Shown here: piece by piece, positions 56,748-64,000 of the stretch
Layout of the letters: every line of letters starts with the position of its first letter
Position numbering within the stretch: position 1 is the first letter of the stretch
Source of the DNA: Mobula hypostoma
Taxonomy: Eukaryota
Direction: 5' to 3'
DNA: 64,000 bases
NCBI RefSeq assembly: GCF_963921235.1
Contig: NC_086108.1
Span: forward strand, 33,296,001 to 33,360,000
Notes under the pieces: generated by a model
What the model was told of the DNA's origin: nothing
The model's database searches: none
Seen by the model: only the letters and a program-made list of their open reading frames with translations
Position numbers and translations under genes: made by a program

Positions 56748-58058
56748 GTCAAGTCAAGTCAAGTCAAGTCAAGTCACTTTTTATTGTCATTTCGACCATA
56801 ACTGTTGGTACAGTACACAGTAAAAATGAAACGATGTTTTTCAGGACCATGGTGCTACATGAAACAATACAAAAACTACACTGAACGACGTAAAACAACA
56901 CAAAAACTACACTAGACTACAGACCTACCCAGGACTACATAAAGTGCACAAGACAGTGCAGGCAGTGCAAAAAATAAACAAGACAATAGGCACAGTAGAG
57001 GGCAGTAGGCTGGTGTCAGTCCAGGCTCTGGGTATTGAGGAGTCTGATGGCTTGGGGGAAGAAACTGTTACATAGTCTGGTCGTGAGAACCCAAATGCTT
57101 CAGTGCCTTTTGCCAGATGGCAGGAGGGAGAAGAATTTGTATGAGGGGTGTGTGGGGTCCTTCATAATGCTGTTTGCTTTACGGATGCAGCGTGTGGTGT
57201 AAATGTCTGTAATGGTGGGAAGAGAGACCCCGATGATCTTCTCAGCTGACCTCACTATCCGCTGCAGGGTCTTGCGATCCGAGATGGTGCAATTTCTGAA
57301 TCAGGCAGTGATGCAGCTGCTCAGGATGCTCTCGATACATCCTCTGTAGAACGTGGTGAGGATGGGGGTGGGAGATGGACTTTTCTCAGCCTTCGCAGAA
57401 AGTAGAGACACTGCTGGGCTTTCTTTGTTATGGAGCTGGTGTTGAGGGACCAGGTGAGATTCTCCACTAGGTGAACACCAAGAAATTTGGTGCTCTTAAC
57501 AATCTCTATGAAGGAGTCGATGTTCAGCAGAGAGTGGTTGCTCCTTGTCCTCCTGAAGTCAACAACTATCTCTTTTGTTGACATTCAGAGACTTGTTATT
57601 GGCTCTGCACCAGTCCGTTAGCCGCTGCACCTCCTCTCTGCTGATGAGACCCACCACGATCGTGTCATCGGCAAACTTGATGATGTGGTTCGAGCTGTGT
57701 GTTGCAGCACAGTCGTGGGTCAGCAGAGTGAACAGCAGTGGACTGAGCACACAGCCCTGGGGGGCCCCCGTGCTCAGTGTGATGGTGTTGGAGATGCTGC
57801 TTCCAATCCGGACTGACTGAGGTCTCCCAGTCAGGAAGTCTAGGATCTCGTTGCAGAGGGAGGTGTTCAGGCCCAGTAGGCTCAGCTTTCCAATCAGTTT
57901 CTGAGGAATGATTGTGTTGAATGCTGAACTGAAGTCTATGAACAGCATTCGAATGTACGTGTCTTTTTTGTCCAGGTGGGTTAGGGCCAGGTGGAGGGTG
58001 ATGGCAATGGTGTCGTCTGTTGAACAGTTGGGATGGTATGCGAACTGCAGGGGGTCCA
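56748..58058 (-). mobile_element. Rex1/Babar-clade LINE inserted in the ERV RNase H
   Basis: [18 protein letters not shown]...[20 protein letters not shown]...IIKFADDT; (TTGAC)n tail at 56746-56775. Confidence 0.93.
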
Positions 58059-58741
58059 GTCAAGAAGCAAAGGAAAAGAATATGGAGTCATGAAGGTGAA
58101 AGCCCACTCAAAATTATCCCCTGAGGGGAATACGAAGGCTGAACTAGTGAAGGAGGGTGCTTCAAATGGGCAGGAATGGTAGCTGCAAGCTGGGGAAATG
58201 AGAAGGCAGAAGGAACAACAGTTTAAGGTTATGGATTTAACCAAGGAGCAGAGGAAAGATAAACAATATAAAAGTTAATAGAAGGAGCAGGGTCAGAAAT
58301 GTACAAAGAGCACAAGGGTGTACATGTTAAAGATTGAATAGTCCTCTATGAAGGGGAGTTTGCGGTCTCAGAGGGAGGAAGAAATCAGATGATCCACGGT
58401 ACCATGATTTATGGTGACACCAGGGAGCCAACAGCACCCTGGAAAAGATAAAGGAGATATGTTAGTGGCCTAGGATGAAGAATTGTTTGATTTGTGCACA
58501 ATATGATTCTGATAAGAATGTAAAGAAAGGAGCCCTCTAACATACCAGACCAATGGAGGGGCCTTGGACTAATTTGCAGATATATTATGTTAGACCTTTG
58601 TCACCCGCCCCTGGAGGGTACAAATATATTTTTGTAGTGGTAGATACTTTCACCAAGTGGTGGAAGTTTTCCCGACTAAGACATATACAACCAACTGTAG
58701 AAATCTTATTAGAAAGGATCTTCACTCATTGGGGATTACTT

Positions 58742-59895
58742 CAGATCAAAATCAGGTTTATTATCACTGGCATGTGATGTGAAATTTGTTAACTTAGCAG
58801 CAGTAGTTCAATGCAATACATAATCTAGAAGAAAGAAAAAATAAAATAAAAATAATAATAATAATGAATAAACAAGAAAATCAATTACAGTATACGTATA
58901 TTGAATAGGTTAAAAATGTGCAAAAAACAGAAATACTGTATATTAAAAAAGTGAGGTAGTGTTCAAGGATTCAATGTCCATTTAGGAATTGGATGGCAGA
59001 GGGGAAGGAGCTATTTCCGAATCGCTCAGTGTGTGTGCCTTCAGGCTTCTGTACCTCCTACCTGATGGTAACAGTGAGAAAAGGGCACACCCTGGGTGCT
59101 GGAGGTTCTTAATAATGGATGCTGCCTTTCTGAGACACCGCTCCCTGAAGATGTCCTGGGTACTTTGTAGGCTAGTACCCAAGATGGAGCTGACTAGATT
59201 TACAACCCTCTGCAGCTTCTTTTGGTCCTGTGCAGTAGCCCCTCCATACCAGACAGTGATGCAGCCTGTCAGAATGCTCTCCACAGTACAACTATAGAAG
59301 TTTTTTGAGTGCATTTGTTGACATGCCAATTCTCTTCAAACTCCTAATGAAGTATAGCCGATGTCTTGCCTTCTTTATAGCTACATTGATATGTTGGGAC
59401 CAGGTTAGATCCTCAAAGATTTTGACACTCAGGTACTTGAAACTGCTCATTCTCTCCACTTCTGATCCCTCTATGAGGATTGGTATGTGTTCCTTCATCT
59501 TACCCTTCCTGAAGTACACAATCAGCTCTTTCGGCTTACTGATGGTGAGTGCCAGGTTGTTGCTGTGGCACCATTCCACTAGTTGGCATATCTTACTCCT
59601 GTACGCTCTCTCGTCACCACCTGAGATTCTACCAACAATGGTTGTATCGTCAGCAAATTTATAGATGGTATTTGATATGGCTAGCCACACAGTCATTGGT
59701 ATATAGAGAGTAGGGCAGTGGGCTAAGCACACGCCCCTGAGATGCGCTAGTGTTGCTCATCACCGAGGAGGATATGTTATCAGCAATCAGTACAGATTGT
59801 GGTCTTCCGGTTAGGAAGTTGAGGATCCAATTGCAGAGGGAGGTACAGAGACCCAGGTTCTGCAACTTCTCAATCAGGATTGTGGGAATGATGGT
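58742..59895 (-). mobile_element. Rex1/Babar-clade LINE inserted in the ERV integrase
   Basis: [59 protein letters not shown]. The integrase resumes at 59896. Confidence 0.93.
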
Positions 59896-60899
59896 ATAGA
59901 ATCGGATCAAGGTACACATTATACAGCCCAGATAATGCAAGATGTCGTGGCACCTTTAGGGATCGAGCAGAGATTTCATATGCTCTATAGACCACCGTCT
60001 ATTGGAATTGTGGAAAGAATGAACCGAACATTGAAAAATATGATGGCCAAAATGGTGCAACAACATGGAACAACTGGGTAGATAGTTCTGCTTTATGTAC
60101 TGATTATAATAAAGGAATACAAAGGAATCATCGATGGGTTACACCCCTTATAAACTCATAACTGGAAGAGACAGAGAGGGCTGGATGAGTTGTTAGATTA
60201 GATTTGCCAGAACCCGAATTAGATGGGAATGTGTCAGAAAAGTGGGAACAATAATTGGTAGAGATAGTGAAAGAGGCCAATTATGTGGCACCCCATCAAC
60301 TACGAAAGACAAGGCAAACAGACTTAAGGCCTACTTTGACTCAAAAGTCAGTCCCAGGAATTAAGTCCAGGAAAAGGTGATGATTAGAATACACTAATCC
60401 ACCTCATTTTTAAATCCAAGGTTTGCAGGGTCCTATGAAATTATAGACAAAGCAAGTCTATCAGTATACAGGGTACTGACTTCTCCAGAAAAAAGCAGAT
60501 GGTACCACATCACTCAGTTGAAGTTAGTGGTGGAGAAACCGGAATGCCATCATCATCGGCACGGAACAAACATGGTAAGCCTGATTCGGAAGATTTGAGA
60601 TTGGAACAAGTAGATGGTGACAGATTTGACCAAGGAAGAATTTTTCCATTCTCTCATTCTGAGAATCAGGTGAGTTGTGTCAAGAAAAGGAAAAAAAAAC
60701 AGGTTGGTTCCTGCCTCCCCAAACCTGAAATGAAATTGGGTGGGGAAAAAAAAGATGGATGGCTTGAGTCCAAAGACAGTTGGGAGGCTGGATTGGATGG
60801 GCTAGAAATCAAGTAGCAAATATGGACTTAAAATGATTTATGATTGAAACTTGAAACTGGAAATAAGAGCAGAAATTACAGGTTTTATTTGACATGACG

Positions 60900-62747
60900 A
60901 GAATAATGTAAAATTAAGTACCCCACAACCTCAATTAGCTGAAACTATACCAGAATATAAACGTAGTAAGTCCCAACATAACACAAAGTTGTCAGTGTTT
61001 TTGGAAATTCAGAGGAATTTGTCGCTTTGGTACCAGGGTACCAGCAAGTGCTGGTTATTTTTAATCTAACTGAAATAGTGGTGCCTGTATGGTGCTCATC
61101 TACAATGGCACAGTTTTTTACTCATTTTCTTGGGAGACAACTGAGCAGGAGTGAGTTTAAATCAGTCACAAAATAGAAAGAAGAGAGGACTATTGGAATT
61201 AGTGGAAGTATGTTATGCATCAAAATTTGCAATGGTTAGTAATTTAGATACAGCAGAATTAGGAAGCCCAATATAGTCCCTCCAGCAGAAGGTGCGAGAT
61301 ACAACTGGAGAAAATTACTGGAATGAGATACAGACTTACCATATTGGTCAGAGTGCATCATAGGTATCTCTGGATTCAATTATATTTAAAAGCCCCCAAG
61401 ATACCGTGAATTTGATAATTGACCGCATAGACCTCATATCTGAGGGAAAGCATAAAGCTGAGATCTCTGCTACATATACTAGTTAGTTGCTCGCCATGAT
61501 TGGCACAAATTTATTTCATCTTGATACATCAAACTTTACAACTCCTCCCTTGGAGGGTCAGACACCCTGAGCCAATAGGTTGGTCCTGGACTTATTTCCT
61601 GGCGTAATTTACATATTACTATTTAATTATTTATGGTTTTATTACTATTTAATTATTTATGGTGTAACTGTAACGAAAACCAATTTCCCTCGGGATCAAT
61701 AAAGTATGACTATGACTACACATCAAGTACCAAATTGGGTATCAGATGATCAACTAAAACAAGGGGTTGGGGAAGGTGCCCTTGTGTCATATAAGAATTA
61801 TTACACTAACCAATAGAGTACTGGTACATGTGATTACAGAAAGGAAGGTTTTATGTCAGTGTGGTATTTCATATTCCCCAACCTGGAAATAATTTAATCC
61901 ACTCTTTGTAAAGACTTCACCATGTGGACAAATATCACAAGGAGAATTGGATATTCTTAAGTAACCCACCAGCACCTGCCATTGTTATGAGTGTTACTGG
62001 GAAATGGATAGATTTATCAAGATATCATAAAAGGGGACTACTCACTGGGCTTGTCCAGAAGAGATGATAAAACAGAAACTTCTGAATTGTGGTTTCAGTA
62101 CTTGTGAGAAATATTCATTGTCTATTCTGCCTGTAAATGAGTTTTTCCTTACCATATGCATTGGTGGGACAGACATATTGTAGCAAAAGCAACAAGGGAT
62201 GGAAGTAGAGTCCTTTGGAAAGTCATAATATTGCAATTGGGAGGATGACTTTAGATTTGCCTATCGGAGGGCAAGTTTTGTCTCAGCCACCAATAATTGC
62301 AGTAACAAAGGAGAACGTACCAATCCAACAAACTGATAAGGGTCAATATCTATGGGACTATGTTACCAAGTTGCCACCGATTCTTCTTTTTTGAATCCAG
62401 ATTCGGCACATGTTGTGGAGGAGGCAAAGGAGATAATCCATTAGTGGTCTAAATATACAAAAGTTAGTAAGACATTTTGTTAATGCAAATAAAATATTGA
62501 GTGACTCAGACTCTTTGGAGAAATTTTGGAATTGGAGATCAAATGTTGAAATACATCCCTGGCTGACTCTAGGATAGTATTGTATGCTGCAGTAATATCA
62601 ATTTTATGTAAGCTGATAATGGTATTGTTCAATGTGTATCAGCTTAGAAGGTGGAATTCTGAAATTGTGCAAAAGGAAGAGGATGATGGTTTTGTAATAC
62701 AGGGAACGGGATTGTCTGTAGACAGAGTGTATGAATTCAGTAAGTAA
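60900..62747 (+). pseudogene. ERV env remnant (class I fusion glycoprotein), frameshifted
   Basis: FVALVPGYQQVLVIFNLTEIVVPVWCS; furin site RKKR (61175-61186) followed by GLLELVEVCYASKFAMVSNLDTAEL; Cys-rich middle (THWACPEE...LNCGFSTCE); KFWNWRSNVEIHPWL; TM helix IVLYAAVISILCKLIMVLFNV (62574-62636); short tail ending TAA at 62745-62747. Start not identifiable. Confidence 0.72.
61533..61719 (+). mobile_element. Short LINE 3' end inserted in the ERV env
   Basis: Matches 41145-41357. AATAAA followed by TATGACTATGACT; ACATCAA on both flanks. Confidence 0.8.
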
Positions 62748-64000
62748 TTGGTACCTTTGTCTCTGTGATACAAGTGTCACACAACTGCCGGGGGTTCATG
62801 GCAGTTCTGTGAGTAGTCAATAGAACAGAGGAGGATATTGATCCTAAGATAAATATCTTTGGATCAAGAGGAGAGAGATTTGGCCCAAAAGAACTACAGA
62901 ATTCGAATGAAAGTGGAAGCAGACAGACCAATTTCCTTTGTTCTTGCCATGAAGGAGGCGATAGAAGCTGTCATTTTATGAAGTGACAGTGTTCTCCATT
63001 TTGTGAGTCAGTCACTTGGTTTGATCAGTGTTTTAAAGTAGACACAATAATGCCCCAGGTAATCTGCTGAACTAGAGATAATTTCCAAATAAGAAATTAT
63101 TGGCAAGGTGTTCTTTGGTTGGATATAGCATGCAGGTTTTTGACTGTTGGGGTCTGTATCTGTTCTGCAAGATTCAATCTGGTTGCTGATTGAGAACAAA
63201 GAGCCATAAATTGCTGATTGTCACTTGCTGGGAAGAGGGTAATAAATGGATGCTGGCTTGAAGCAGAGCCAATAAAAAAGTGTGTTAAAGCTCAGACATG
63301 TGATCTACAGCCAATGACACTGCAAAGCAATATTTGAATTGCTAAGGAATGAGTATAAAAGCAGAGGTCTTCACATACAGCGTAGCAAAGACTCAGTAGG
63401 AGGTTCACCATTGTGAATGTGAGGTGCCCCATGGATGTGTGGAGATTTGAAATGGGACTACGAGGAACACGTGACCAGCAGCAGAAACTCCATTTTCACT
63501 AGTATTATATTCTTGGTTCTTTGACTGTTCATGGAAGGTCAGGTAAACCCAGTAGGTGTGCACACACGTACTTGGTTGTGTAAGTTCACTTGTTTTTCCG
63601 TTGAGACAATAAAGGTACTTGTCGGGAATTACAGATTCTCTCTGTGCCTCCCTGATAATTATTACAAGGGATGATTCTTGTAACAAAGCTAACATTTTCT
63701 TTTTGAAAATGATGATTCAACATAATTTCTCTGCAGAAATAGACACACAAAACGAAGATATATTGGGAAATTAATGGAATTGTAGAGATGATGCCGTTGA
63801 CTGTGGATTGCTTTTGCAGCTTTCTGTGGTTTTGCCAAGAGGACACGGCACCATGGGAGATGCTGCCTTTAATAGGATGTTAAAGTGAGTTTTATTTACC
63901 CCTCTCAAGTGGACAAAGATCTCAGATTCTGTTTGAAAGTGCGTTTGTTTCTCCCCAGTGTCCTGGTTGATATCGATCCTCAACAAACAACATTAAAAAA

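Larger units (their letters stand above)
56490..60530 (+). pseudogene. ERV pol remnant (RNase H and integrase) in three pieces: about 56490-56747, 58059-58741, 59896-60530
   Basis: RNase H: MSA*AAEV...VIHADNMYICN...LPLWEERGFVSADGK | YGVMKVKAHSKLSPEGNTKAELVKEGA. Integrase: GPWTNLQIYY...GGYKYIFVVVDTFTKW...FTHWGL | [47 protein letters not shown] (exactly 35 residues between D and E), then the GPY/F-like PRFAGSYEIIDK...VYRV...WYHITQLK. Confidence 0.9.
56370..63320 (+). mobile_element. Decayed endogenous retrovirus (lokiretrovirus-like): partial 5' LTR, gag-pro-RT deleted, RNase H, integrase, env, PPT, 3' LTR
   Basis: Direct repeat 56370-56485 vs 62878-62972, the second preceded by the purine tract AAGAGGAGAGAGA (62866-62878). 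RNase H, integrase and env remnants lie in retroviral order. The right boundary is uncertain. Confidence 0.82.

Noticed and set aside
60499..60816. 105-aa ORF between integrase and env as a viral accessory gene
   Set aside because: It overlaps the integrase C-terminus out of frame and has no recognisable motif. It cannot be separated from a frameshifted pol tail without paralogous copies.
63241..63325. Exact 3' LTR end and proviral TSD (AATAAA at 63241 and 63271; GCCAATGACA near 63310-63319)
   Set aside because: No convincing TSD matches the 5' flank (AAGAC), so the boundary is left as approximate.

Overview
Repeat-rich vertebrate genomic DNA. The repeat families (HE1/V-SINE-like SINEs, CR1, Rex1/Babar, Penelope-like) suggest a cartilaginous fish, which is an inference. 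Two convergent host genes are present: ALDH9A1 (+; coding exons 3-11, 5540-22289; exons 1-2 are presumably upstream of the window) and a complete MGST3 CDS (-; 30795-22965, 146 aa), with a candidate promoter/exon 1 near 44.9-45.4 kb. Most ORFs in the supplied track are spurious or fragments of mobile elements. Two things stand out. (1) A decayed endogenous retrovirus at about 56370-63300 (partial LTR, RNase H, DD35E integrase, env, polypurine tract, LTR), broken by three LINE insertions. Its env has a short N-terminal subunit, an RKKR furin site and about 400 aa before the TM helix, which is a lokiretrovirus / paramyxovirus-F-like layout rather than a gamma/epsilon one. (2) Many Penelope-like elements whose terminal repeats carry a minimal type-I hammerhead ribozyme. 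They are often inserted as inverted fold-back pairs with 7-15 bp target-site duplications (TSDs), down to 120-230 bp non-coding palindromes.
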